From the NCBI RefSeq assembly GCF_006345805.1, contig NC_043015.1, positions 47,120,001-47,184,000 on the forward strand: DNA of 64,000 bases, given 5' to 3'. Below are positions 13,200 to 25,551 of this stretch, in pieces. This DNA comes from Octopus sinensis. Taxonomy: Eukaryota. The stretch's first letter is position 1. Every line of letters begins with the position of its first letter. The notes beneath the pieces are model-generated. The model was not told the origin of the DNA and searched no databases. It saw only the letters and a program-made list of their open reading frames with translations. Both the position numbers and the translations under genes were made by a program.

Positions 13200-13900
13200 A
13201 GATACTTTATTAGTCACAACGATCGTTTTGACACATCTTGCATCATTCTCTCACAGGTGAGATTCTGGACAATTAATGGTGAGGCAGCTGTCCAGAGGAA
13301 GCAATTAAGAGTAGGTGGCATATCTGATGGCATCACCTCCATTATTTTCTTCTATTGTAATCAGCATTGCTTGGTCCGGTTGGTGGGTAGTGAGTGGTGT
13401 ACCTGATTTAGCTCTTGCAGGGCAGATGTCTGCTCCAGTTTGATAGCTAGAATAGGTTGTGGGGTTACTAGAATAGGGCTGGGGATTAGTTAGTACCTTA
13501 TTTGTGTTATTACTGCTATTCACATCCAGGTTTCATAATTTTCTATTGTTAAGGCGACAAATAATCCTAGCTGTGTTAGATATGGTGGAGTAGGGTTATT
13601 TAATAGACTGTGAATTGAAGATTTTCTTTAGAGTACTAGATCTTGAGAAGTGCCTTTCTAACAGTGCAAAAAAAAAGTTCGGTTAAACTATTTTGGATAT
13701 TAAGGGCAAAGTGGGGCAGGAAGAAACCAGATTGCATTGCACATTCTAATACACTTGCTGTGTTTTAAGGGGATACGAAAAAAATCCACAAACTTCTGTC
13801 TCAATAAGCCATTATTGTTCCTGAAAGTTGTTTTTTTATATTTACAATGGATTGCTTGAAGCTAACTTTCTTCCTAAACCTCGATCCCTAGATCTTGCAT
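13200..13900 (-). pseudogene. Penelope-like element remnant (RT thumb to GIY-YIG linker)
   Basis: GFFLPHFALNIQNSLTELFF/ALLERHFSRSSTLKKIFNSQSIK*PYSTISNTARIICRLNNRKL...PLDSCLTIN resembles the PLE motif WFNPP.S.N...F..L..KHF....L.KIFN...K.SYS..N...II..HN.K.L...CPL.G.CL. Confidence 0.75.
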
Positions 13901-14049
13901 TTATATATATATATATATATATATGAGAAGACCCGGCAGGACAAGTGAGACCATCACCCATGGCCTCAGTCCACTTATGCATACCTTTCCTTCTTGGGAC
14001 ACAAAACCCTACTTGTGAAGACCTGTTGAAAATCAAAAAATCAAAAATC

Positions 14050-14467
14050 AAAATCGATCAAAATGAATGGAAATTGTAGCTGTGATACCAGTGCTGGTGG
14101 CACATAAGAGAACCATCCGAATGTGGCCGTTGCCAGTGCCACCCTGAGTGGCTTCCGTGCCGGTGGCACGTAAAAAGCACCATCCGATCGTGGCCGTTAC
14201 CAGCCTCGCCTGGCCTCCGTGCTGGTGGCACGTAAAAAGCACCATCCGACCGTGGCCGTTTACCAGCCTCATCTGGCACCTGTGCCGGTGGCACGTAAAA
14301 AGCACCCACTACACTCACGGAGTGGTTGGCGTTAGGAAGGGCATCCAGCCGTAGAAACATTGCCAGATCAGACTGGGCCTGGTGCAGCCTTCTAGCTTCA
14401 CAGACCCCAGTTGAACCGTCCAACCCATGCTAGCATGGAAAGCGGACGCTAAATGATGATGATGATA
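14050..14467 (+). mobile_element. retroposon family B
   Basis: Four GGTGGCAC modules, core and (GAT)n tail. Confidence 0.8.
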
Positions 14468-14861
14468 TAACTACCTGAAGCTCATTATACAAATGTTGCA
14501 CAATGGACTCTCCTGAGCATAGCTAGTCGTTAGGTTGAAATTACCTCAGTGAAGTTTACCTTACTCTTTTTACTCTTTTACTGGTTTCAGTCATTTGACT
14601 GTGGCCACGCTGGAGCACCGCCTTTTAGTCGAGCAAATCGACCCCAGGACTTATTCTTTGTAAGCTTAGCACTTATTCTATCGGTCTCTTTTGCCGAACG
14701 CTGGGGTTGGATGGCAAATATTGATGTGAATGCCTATGGGTGGCAGCAGAATTTGTACCTTGGAGTTACTTCAGCCTTATCTCCCTCTGTAACCCTTTCC
14801 AACTCTGCTTTCTGTTTCTAATTCTTTCCAAATCCTCTTCCCTACCATCCAATGGTTTGAT

Positions 14862-15350
14862 ATCATCATCATCATCGTTTAACATCCGTTTTCCGCGCTA
14901 GCACGGGTTGGACGGTTCGACCGGGGTCTTGGAAGCCAGGGGCTGCTCCAGGCTCCAGTCTGATCTGGCAGAGTTTCTACGGCTGGATGCCCTTCCTAAC
15001 GCCAACCACTCCGCGAGTGTAGTGGGTGCTTTTTACGTGCCACCTGCACAGGTGCCAGGGGTGTCCGGCATCGGTCACGATCGGTTGGAGCTTTAACGTG
15101 CCAGCGGCACGGAAGCCAGCCAAGGTGGCGCTGGCAATGTTCGGATGGTCTTTTTTATGTGCCACTGGAACAGGGGCCAGTCGGGGCGGCGCTGGCATCG
15201 GCTACGTTCGGATGGTGCTTTTTACGTGCCACCGGCACAGAAGCCAGTCGGGGCGGTGCTGGCATTGGCCACGTTCGGATAGTGCTTTTTATGTGCCACT
15301 GGCACAGGCATCATAACTACTATTTCCATTGATATTTATTTCGACGATAC
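14862..15350 (-). mobile_element. retroposon family B
   Basis: Inverted relative to 14050-14467; about five modules. Confidence 0.8.
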
Positions 15351-15847
15351 CTAAATTAAACAGAATAACCATTACCTTTTAATTTCACATGTCCACTTTT
15401 TTATGTGCTGGTGGTGTGTTGTGTGCAGGCAAGTGTATGTAGGTAATTTTAAATCCTTGTTATTTCCTTTTTATTCCATTTTATTTTATATTTATATATT
15501 TTCTTTTTTGCTTTATTTTCCTTATGTGCTTAATTTACCCCTCCCCTTTTTTTCTCTTTATACATGTGTGTGTATAAACACACCCATTCTTAGTATTTTC
15601 CACTCTATGCATATTTAAAAAAATTTTTTGTTATTGATTTATTTATTTGGATTCACCATTGTGTTGTGCCTGACTTGGAAATTCCGTGCGAGTGGCTGTG
15701 TGGTAAGTAGCTTGCTTACGAACCACATGGTTCTGGGTTCAGTCCCACCACGTGGCACCTCGGGCAAGTGTCTTCTACTATAACCTCGGGCCGACCAAAG
15801 CCTTGTGAGTGGATTTGGTAGACGGAAACTGAAAGAAGCCTGTCGTA

Positions 15848-15898
<51 letters not shown>

Positions 15899-16057
15899 GT
15901 GTGTGTATATGTTTGTGTGTCTGTGTTTGTCCTCCCAACATCGCTTGACAACCGATGCTAGTGTGTTTACGTCCCCATTAAAAGTAAGGATAACAAAACA
16001 ACAACAGATTGTGCACATGGAATGTATTAGTTTGATGCTTTTTAAAAGGAGAGAGTT

Positions 16058-16090
16058 TTTGACATTTCAAGTATAGCTCTTCATCAGAAA
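16058..16090 (-). ncRNA. degenerate minimal hammerhead motif in a Penelope-like terminal repeat
   Basis: Minus strand reads TTT-CTGATGA-AGAGCTATACTT-GAAA-TG-TC-AAA; stems II and III are mutated. Confidence 0.45.
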
Positions 16091-16149
16091 GGAAAATGGA
16101 GAAATCCGGAAAAGGAAAAATATCACCAACAGCACATACGTAGTTACAT

Positions 16150-16205
<56 letters not shown>

Positions 16206-16206
16206 G

Positions 16207-16510
16207 TGGAGGCACAATGGCCCAGTGGTTAGGGCAATGGACTCGCAGTTGTAGGATTGCAGTTTCGATTCCCAGACCGGGTGTTGTGAGTGTTTATTGA
16301 GCGAAAACACCTAAAGCTCAACGAGGCTCCGGCAGGGGGTGGTTGCGATCCTTGCTGTACTCTTACGCCACAACTTTCTCTCACTCTTTCTTCTGTTGGC
16401 CTGCTCGCTTAGCCAGCAGGATGGTGTCATTTGAAGGCTAAAACAATGCGAAGCGCATTGTGACCAGCGATGTGTAGCAACATCTGATAGCCTGGTTGGT
16501 CACAGTGATA
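16207..16510 (+). mobile_element. tRNA-derived SINE, family E
   Basis: A box TGGCCCAGTGG and B box TTCGATTCCC; a truncated relative lies at 25956-26120. Confidence 0.8.
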
Positions 16511-17359
16511 TATATATATATATATATATATGAGTAGTATAGAATGTGGACTCAGATAATCATGTAGATATCACAGGAAGCTCTTCTTAGGAGTTGGCTA
16601 TCATTTTTCATAGTAATCAATAACAAAGAAATGTAATGTAGAGTGTTCATGTAACTGAAAATCCACAAAATCCAATTGAAATTATTTTATGAGTAGTATA
16701 TAAAACCATAAAGTCAGGAGATACGAGAAGTAAATATATGTTTATTTAACCATGTGTCTTCCATAGGGTCATGGTTGTTTCACAACCTTCTTTATGTAGT
16801 GTTAATTTCAGCATGGAAGAAATTGTGCATACATGTTTGCATTAATATGTATGTTCAGACTTATACAATATAAACTGATGCAAACAAAGACAGTTAATGC
16901 ATTAGATTACCAGAACATTATGCTTACATCAATAATTCGACTTGAAATATAGATACAAAATTTCTGTTAAGACATATGCAATGTATGGAAGACCAAACTG
17001 GACAAAATTAAATTGATTTGATCAGTAAGAAGAGGAAATAAAAATAACGCAAAAAATAAATAGCATAAAAGTATATAAAAAATAAAAGCAAATAATATAA
17101 ATGAATTTTTAGCCAAAGTAATTATATATATAGATGGGTAAGTGGGGAATGACAAATCTGGAGATTTAAAGATTCCACAGAAATCATGGGTGAATGATTG
17201 GTCAAGTAAAACTAAGAAATAGTATTCAACGATAGTAAATGAGGTCAGAATACCTCATAGAAATTAAATTGAATATTATTAATTAACATGATGTTAAGGA
17301 GATCCATTGAGTCAAGTACACCAACCTTGAGGAGATCCATTGAGTCAAGTACACCAACA

Positions 17360-17634
17360 TCAAAAATCATTGGAAACTGCAGTTGTGATCCCTGTGTTGG
17401 TGGCACGTAAAAAGCACCATTCGAACGTGGCCGATGCCAGTGCCGCCTTGACTGGCTTCCATGCCGGTGGCACGTAAAAAGCACCCACTACACTCACGGA
17501 GTGGTTGGCGTTAGGAAGGGCATCCAGCTGTAGAAACACTGCCAGATCAGACTGGAGCCTGGTGCAGCCTCTTGGCTTCCCAGACTCTGGTCGAACCGTC
17601 CAACCCATGCTAGCATGGAAAACGGACGCTAAAC

Positions 17635-17665
<31 letters not shown>
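17360..17665 (+). mobile_element. retroposon family B
   Basis: Two modules, core and (GAT)n tail. Confidence 0.8.
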
Positions 17666-17667
<2 letters not shown>

Positions 17668-18118
17668 GATTATAAGATGTCACAATCCTAAGGACATACC
17701 TAACCATGGATTAACTTATGAGAGACACACTGATAAACTTTATGGAAATTGAATATTTTCCTGTTCAACGATGACCATAAATTGGTTTCCCATTTGTAAT
17801 GGATAATGTATTACACTCCCAAGACTTAGCAGTTTTTTGCAAGAGAAACTGATAGAATAAGTGCTGGATACAGACAGAATGGAGTCGATTTGCTTGACTG
17901 AATCCCTCAAGGCAGCATACACAGTTTAATGACTGAAACAAATAAAATAGTACAAGTATATATATGTATGTATACACACACACACGTGCATGCACGCACA
18001 CGCACATGCACACACACAAGGATATATAGGGAGAATTCACAAAAAAGGCAAAAGACGAAGACAGGTGGTGTAGACAACAAACAGATGTATTAGTTTAATG
18101 CTCGGGAAGTGAAAAAGT

Positions 18119-18154
18119 CTTTAACGTTTTGAGCCTACGCTCTTCCACAGGAAG
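18119..18154 (-). ncRNA. hammerhead-like motif, CUGUGGA variant, G12 mutated
   Basis: Minus strand reads CTTC-CTGTGGA-A-GAGC-GTAG-GCTC-AAA-AC-GT-T-AAAG; homologous to 38529-38564. Confidence 0.5.
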
Positions 18155-18208
18155 GAACACAGAAATAAACAAGGAGAGAAAATAAAGAATGTGTGGTGGC
18201 TAGCGATC

Positions 18209-19146
18209 TAGGGTGTATAAGATATTCGAGGACAGATTTATGTTTATAAAAAACAGATATGTAATAACAGATAATTATTTATGAAAAATACTATGAGGAT
18301 AAAAATAAACCTTTTCTATAATGTTATTCAATAAAGCCACCTTCAGCTTCAGCACCTGCTTCTATATGAGATCTAAATCATCTACATGCTCAAATCAAGT
18401 GGTCCTGGTTCATTTTGGACATTACTCTGACTATGGCAGCTTTCAAAGAATCTTTGGTGTTATAGGCATGCTCATTGACCTCTTTCTCAACACTCCACAT
18501 GTAATAGTCCAATGGATTGAAATCTGGGGAATTAGGAGGCCAAATGTTAGGGATTATGTGATCATGAAAATTTTCAGCCATCCATTCCTGTGTTACTAGA
18601 GCCATGTGTGATAGTGCAGAGTCTTACTGAAACATATATGGCCTTCCATTGCATACACTGTCTATCCAGGGTTTAATTATTTCCAGGACCTCAATGTAGG
18701 CAGCAGAGTTAACTCTAAGGCCTTGTGGAATGAAGTAAGGAGGCATCACATGTTCTTCATTGCTGACAACCCCTAAAACCTTGACAGTTGCAGGAAGTTT
18801 TGTATGCATGACACTTGGAACTTCAGAAGGGTCTGCACATAACCATCTGTCATTTCTTCTGTTAACTTTTTGATCTTGGTCAAAGTTTTTCTTGTTTGAG
18901 TAAAACCAAATCAAATCTTCTTCTGTTGGATTTTTCTGTTTGTTTAAGAGCCTTTTAAGTCTGATGTAGTGATTTTCTTTTGCTTTTTCTGACAAATTGA
19001 TCTTTCCTCATCATATAAGACTTATATCTGATGTCTTCCTGGACAACATTTCTGACTGTTCCTTCTGACACATGGAGATCTTTTGCAATTGACCTCATGG
19101 ACTTTCTGGGATTGTAATGGTCTGTTGAACAACTGGAGGGTTGCAT
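18209..19146 (-). pseudogene. maT (DD37D) Tc1/mariner transposase remnant
   Basis: HTH part SMRSIAKDLHVSEGTVRNVV, then NRRNDRW...VLGVVS, then FQ*DSAL...WPPNSPDFNPLDY. I count exactly 37 residues between the second and third D. Confidence 0.92.
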
Positions 19147-19990
19147 CAGGTGTGCATCTTGCTGTCATCTTTCACTGGCGGCCCACATTACATGCACAAA
19201 AAGAACTCAAGACGCAATGACATACATTCGCTACTACGGGCGTCCTGACTTATTTATCACCTTCACCTGTAATCCTAGGTAGGGGGAGATTGAAATAGAA
19301 CTTTTTCAGAGTCAGCAGGCCAAAGACAGACATAATCTCATTGAGCGGGTCTTCCATTTGAAGTTACACGAACTCATGAACTTCATCACCAAAAGCCAAA
19401 TATTTGGCCCCGTGCGATGCGACATGTATACTGTCGAATGGCAGTCTTCCTCATGCTCATATCCTAATTTGGTTATCCACATGGATTGCATTTGATGCAA
19501 TCGACAATTTGATCTCAGCCAAGTTCCCTGACCCCTCTATTGGCAGGACTCTCTTTGAGACAGTGAAGACTAACATGATCCATGGTCCCTGCAGACGAGG
19601 ATTCAGCCTTCAATCGCCTTGCATGAAAGGGTCAGTTTGCAGCAAGAAATACCCAAAACAATTCCTCCAGGAAACACAATCCGGGCATGATGGGTACCCT
19701 CTGTACAGATAAAGGAAACCAGAGGACAGTGGATTCACAGCACAAGTTGGCCCCTATGTAGTAGACAACAGATGGATAGTGCCTTACTGCCCAATCCTGT
19801 TAAAGGCATTCAATGCTCACATAAATGTCGAGCTCTGCATTTCTGTAAAGTTCATCAAATATGTGTGCAAGTACATCAACAAAGGCTCTGATGCTGTTGT
19901 GTTTGGCCTGCAACCAGATGGAGTCCACGATACCAAGTAGGCAGGTACATAAGTAATAATGAAACCTTCTGGCGCATGCTGGAAGGTTGC
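19147..19990 (+). pseudogene. Helitron Rep (HUH endonuclease) remnant
   Basis: SFTGGPHYM...QDAMTYIRYYGRPDLFITFTCNP, VEWQ..LPHAHIL (HUH), MIHGPC, GYPLYR, DNRWIVPY, YVCKYINKGSD, GRYISNNETFWR. Confidence 0.93.
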
Positions 19991-20055
19991 ACTAAATTCC
20001 AGTCTGATTTGGTAATGCATACATACTTATGTATTTATTTTATTTGTTGCATATG

Positions 20056-21065
20056 TTAATGACATAGATGCCAACTTAAAGAATGCCAAAGTGCTGAAAT
20101 ATGCAGATGACATCAAGCTGTACCTCGAAATAAAAAGGTCAGATCCTGTACACTATAGATCTCTATTGCAATCAGACCTGGACACAATGCAGCAGTGGAT
20201 CATGGACTGGCAACTCAACCTGGCAGTGGACAAATGTACCACCATGCATTTTGGGAGGAAAAACCCAGCGTCTACTTACTCCCTCCACAACACTAATCTC
20301 AAAAAGTCTTCTTGTGAACGTGACCTGGGTGTTATTGTCGACACTGATTTGTGTTGGACAAAACACATCGCTAAAATTGCCAAGAAGGCTGAGGGTGTCT
20401 TGGCATCACTCACCAAGTCCTTTGTGAGCCGCTCTCCGGCTATCTATCTGCGGCTTTATATAGCTATGGTGCGACCTCATCAGGAATTTGCATCACTGGT
20501 CTGGAACCCCTATCTTGCCCAGGATATTAATCATCTGGAAGCTGTTCAGCGACATGCAACCATGAGAATACCCTCCATCAGGCATTTGCCATAATCTGAA
20601 CGCCTTACTTCCCTGGACATAGACACATTGAAACTCCAACGTCTGGCAGCTGACTTGGCAGAAACCCATAAAATTATTAACCATCTTACAAACAATAACT
20701 CTGAGCATCTTTTCAAACTCCACCCGTCTAACACCCGTGGACATGTTTACAAAGTCAGAAAACAGCACAGCTCCCATGACTTTCGGAAAAAAATTTCATG
20801 ATCTAAGAGTTGCTGAAGCATGGAACACAACTGCCGGCATCAGTTGTAGTTGTCGGAGCAATGCATCCTTCAAAACTTCCATGCTTCCTGAAATTCGCCA
20901 ACACTACACCTGATTTTCTACCCTCCATTCACATGCAAGCATGTATCTGACTCGTACATTGTTCGCTTTCCAGACATTTGTACATTACTGCATATGCTTT
21001 ATATGCACTTTTGACAAGTTGTGGTGCACCTGAGCACTGTATACAATAATTTCATTATTATTATA
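20056..21065 (+). pseudogene. CR1/L2-type LINE, 5'-truncated (RT C-terminus plus 3' UTR)
   Basis: YADDIKLY, N..KC..MHFG, ERDLGV, YIAMVRPH.EFA..VWNPY, LEAVQR.AT; (ATT)n tail. Another 3' end lies at 34852-35100 (-). Confidence 0.92.
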
Positions 21066-21067
21066 TA

Positions 21068-21438
21068 CTAGCAGTATCGCCCGGCGTTGCTCAGGTTTGT
21101 AAGGGAAATAACTATAAAGCATTTTTAGAGAGTTATAGCCAAAAAGTGGAAAAAAATTATGGTAAATTTTTTTGAGAGTTAAAAAGGTGGGTTGCGTCCC
21201 CTAGAAAGTCTGTGGTTTGGGTTTCTGATCTCGACCCCATGTCGAATTTATCGATTTTTTCAGAACTGGGGGAACATTTCAAAATTTTCGCTGCGTTAGT
21301 TTTGAATTATGACATTGGCTATGTGTGTGTCAAGTTTCATCAGAATCGGTTGAAAGCCGTGGTCAGAGTGAGGGTACGAGAAAACAGACACACAGAAAAC
21401 GCACAGACAAACTGCCGTTTATATAGAGAGAGAAGAGA
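21068..21438 (-). mobile_element. non-autonomous Helitron, second subfamily
   Basis: 3' CTAG and hairpin shared with 9002-9403; different 5' end and interior; A|T insertion. Confidence 0.75.
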
Positions 21439-21659
21439 TATATGTATGTATGCATATACATAGACACAAATACACACCCATTAATATAGAAAGGTAAATA
21501 GATAGATAGACAGACAAGACAGATAGATAGATAGAGAGAGAGAGAGTTTCAAGTTTCCTAGAATAAATAAATGCACACAAACATTCAATTGTTAGTGCTT
21601 ATAGATAGTGCATATGCACATACATAAAGAGCAATGAATCACACACATCTGTATACACC

Positions 21660-22022
21660 TCCCACCACCACCACCACCACCACCACCATCACCCACCACC
21701 ACCACCACCACCACCACCACTACCACACCACCACCACCATCACACCACCACCACCACCACCACCACCACCACCACCACCACCACCACCACCACCACCACC
21801 ACCACCACCACGCATCACACACTTCTCTACTTCCTCGAAGAGATATTCCTTGATATGCAAGTATATCTACACACTCACATGTGTGTGTGTGTGTGTGTAT
21901 GTAGGTATGTGTGTGTGTGAATGCATGTATGTATGTAGCTATGTATGCATGTATGCGTGAGTGTGTGTGTGAATATATATGCACTATATATATACACATA
22001 TATATAAATATGCAATACGTAT

Positions 22023-22055
<33 letters not shown>

Positions 22056-22155
22056 ACATACTTACATACATACATACATACATATACATATATATATATA
22101 TGTATATAAAGATATATATATATAGAGAGAGATACATATGCATGCACACACGCAC

Positions 22156-22196
<41 letters not shown>

Positions 22197-22200
22197 TACC
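21660..22200. repeat. (CCA)n, (TG)n, (TA)n and (CA)n microsatellite block
   Basis: Directly visible. Confidence 0.95.
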
Positions 22201-22663
22201 CGTGTGCACTTGCATGCATATGTATACTTAACGTTGACTCATTCACATTCTCAAATTCTAGGAACTATGAATCTTGACTCAAAACAAAAAATCAATAATA
22301 TAAATAATAAAAATAAATAGATAAGCTTTGCCACATGTGACATAACGTCATGTCTGGATTCTATGAAGAACTGAAATAAATCTCAGAAAAAAAAAAAGAA
22401 TAAAAATTCATGTACATACAAATTTCTTATTTGTATTTCCACATTTCTCTTTTTTACCTTTTAAAATTTTCTTTCCTTTTTTTTCTTTCCTTGTCATTTT
22501 TTTTATCTTGTTTAAATATTTTGTTTATATTTGATTGTTATCTTCCAGTAATCATTATTGTTAAAGAATTCAATTGCACTTGAAGGTCAAACAGCATTGG
22601 ATGAACACAGCTGTATTTCATACTAAGATAGAAAAAAGAGGTGTATTTTATATTATTATTATC

Positions 22664-23209
22664 GAGTGAGAGAGCAGTGCATGCCATCAAAGTGACACTG
22701 GGGTAAAATATACGAAGCCCAGTATACTCATCATGACTACCCGTCAGATAAGGATACACTAGGCACATGCATCACAACCATATGTGCGCGACATGGTGAT
22801 CTCATATCAAGATAAACAGTGCATGACCTTGCAGGTGGGGCCCAGTTAGAATTTTCTTCAGGTCGAATAACCCATCCTACTCAAAAGGTCCCTGAATAAG
22901 TGTTGTTTAAGGATGTTGAATGAAACACCCATGTTTCCAGAGGTGAATCATTCAAACCCCAAAGAATCCCTCTCAACACATGGCTATGATGCTCCCCCAC
23001 TACTTCTGCTCGTGATCAGAGATGCACATATTGTCAGCCACTGAGGGACATGCTCAACTGGTTAAGGTCAAACAACTGACTAGCAAATCTGTGGTATTGA
23101 GCAGAATATTTGCTGTAGCCCATCTTTTATACCAAGACAAAACAATGTACATGATAACACTTCCAGTCAGTTAAGATCAGAAGCCATGAGAGCCACTGCC
23201 TGGTACTGC

Positions 23210-23211
<2 letters not shown>
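22664..23211 (-). mobile_element. about 550-bp non-coding repeat, family D, embedded in (TAA)n
   Basis: Five copies (22664, 25009, 45632, 48734, 51877), each abutting ATT/TAT repeats. Sense inferred from a CTCTCTCACTC-(AAT)n end. Confidence 0.8.
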
Positions 23212-23240
<29 letters not shown>

Positions 23241-23535
23241 TATTATTATTATTATTATTATAATTATCATTTTTCCTCAAAACAAAACGATGAATTAGCT
23301 TACTATTTGAAAGCTGGGAGGAGGAAGAGAAATAGGATGATGATGATGAAATGAAAATAAGATAATAGCTTTATTCATATCCTGTTGAGGTCAACCTTTT
23401 GCATTTTAATCCTTTTTGGGTTGGTAAAATAAAGCACCAATCAAATCCTTGGGTGAATGTAAATTGTCTAACCCCACCTCCTCCTTCTAAATTTGCTGGC
23501 CTTGTGCCAAAATAAAGAAAGAATCTTTATTATCA

Positions 23536-24589
23536 TTATTACCTCTGCCTTCACTAACGCGGAGGTATTGTTTTTAGTCGCATTTGTTTGTATGTTTATT
23601 TGTTTGTCTGTGGACAAGATATCTCAAGAACCACTGGATGGATTTGGATGAAACTTTCAGGGATGTTTGGCCTCATGGCTGGCACGAACTGATTAGATTT
23701 TGGGATCGATCCAGTACCGGACAAGGATTCTGGATTATTTTTACTTCACTTTACATGATATGATCTTACGTTAACTTTCAAGTCTTTCTCAATTATTTCC
23801 CCTTACGCTGTAACTATTTTGAATGGTGAATTTGTTAACTTTAGCTTGTATTAGATAAGGATAAATTATTTATTACTGTTACTAAATTTTCTACAGCCAC
23901 CTTCACATTCCATGACTACCATTGTGCCCACTTCCTCCTTCTAAATTTGCTGGCCTTGTGCAAAATTAGAAAGAATCTTTATTATCATTATTACCTCTGC
24001 CTTCACTAAGGCGGAGGTATTGTTTTTAGTCGCATTTGTTTGTACGTGTATTTGTTTGTCTGTGGACAAGATATCTCAAGAACCACTAGATGGATTTGGA
24101 TGAAACTTTCAGGAATGTTTGGCCTCATGGCTGGCATGAACTGATGAGATTTTGGGATCGATCCAGTACCGGTCAAGGATTCTGGATTATTTATTACTTT
24201 TACTTCACTTTTCATGATATGATCTTACGTTAACTTTCAAGTCTTTCTCAATTATTTCCCTTTATGCTGAAACTATTTTGACTGGTGAATTTGTTAACTT
24301 TAGCTTGTATTAGATAAGGATAAATTATTTATTACTGTTACTAAATTTTCTACGGCCACCTTCACATTCCAAGAACTACCATTGTGATCAATCAGGTATT
24401 GGATAAGGATTCTGGATTACTTTTCTGTTTTTTTTTTACTTAATTTTTGAGAATGGTCAGGTTCATTTTTAGTATTTTTGTTTGTGAGAGCAGTCAAGTT
24501 TATTTCAGATATTTTTATTTTAAAAATCATCTCTGGCTAATTGTTGAGAGGACATTGTTAGAGGTTTGCACTCTCTGTGTGTTCTTGTT
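23536..24589 (+). mobile_element. non-autonomous Helentron (DINE-1/HINE-like) with 454-bp internal tandem duplication
   Basis: 5' TTATTACCTCTGCC...GCGGAGGT, GTTTGT microsatellite, GGATTTGGATGAAAC, 3' AGAGGTTTGCACTCTCTGTGTGTTCTTGTT. Segment 23480-23933 is repeated at 23934-24386. Confidence 0.7.
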
Positions 24590-24841
24590 ATTATTATTGT
24601 TATGATTATTGTTATTATTATTATTGGCAAGCTGGCAGAATTCTTAGCATACCAGGCAAAATGCTTGGCAGCATTTCGTCTGCTGTTATGTTCTGAGTTC
24701 AAATTCTACTGAGGTTGAATTTGCCTTTCATCCTTTCAGGGTTGATAAATTAAGTACCAGTGAAACACTGGGGTCGATGTAACTGACTTGTCCCCTCCCC
24801 ACCAAATTTCAAGCCTTATACCTTCAACAGAAAGGATTATT

Positions 24842-24918
<77 letters not shown>

Positions 24919-24921
24919 CAA

Positions 24922-24980
<59 letters not shown>

Positions 24981-25008
24981 CATCATCATCATCATTATTA
25001 TTATTATT

Positions 25009-25505
25009 GAGTGAGAGAGCAGTTCATGCCATCAAAGTGACACTGGGGTAAAATATACGAAGCCCAATATACCCATCATGACTACCCGTCTGATAAGGGT
25101 ACACCAGGCACATGCATCACAACCATATGTGCGTGACATGGTGATCTCATATCAAGATAAACAGCACATGACCTTGCAGGTGGGGCCCAGTTAGAATTTT
25201 CTTCAGGTTGAGTAGCCCATCCCGCTCAAAAGGTCCCTGAATAAGGGTTGTTTAAGGATGTTGAAAGAACCACCCATGTTTCCAGAGGTGAATTATTCAA
25301 ACCCCAAAGAATCCCTCTCAACACATGGCTATGATGCTCCCCTACTACTTCTGCTCGTGATCAGAGATGCACATATCGACAGCCACTAAGGGACATGCTC
25401 AACTGGTTATGGTCAAACAACTGACAAGCAAATCTGTGGTATTGAGCAGAATATTTGCTGTAGCCCATCTTTTATACCAAGACAAAACAATGTACATGAT
25501 AACAC

Positions 25506-25506
<1 letters not shown>
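25009..25506 (-). mobile_element. family D copy in (TAA)n
   Basis: Closely matches 22664-23211 and is flanked by long ATT arrays on both sides. Confidence 0.8.

Positions 25507-25551
<45 letters not shown>

Noticed and set aside
22251-22343. Minus-strand 30-aa hydrophobic ORF MSHVAKLIYLFLLFILLIFCF... after an acceptor-like site
   Set aside because: Hydrophobicity comes from AT-rich low complexity; there is no donor before the stop.
24141-24170. CTGATGA-GAT...ATC as a hammerhead
   Set aside because: Followed by GATC rather than GAAA, and the duplicate copy reads CTGATTA.
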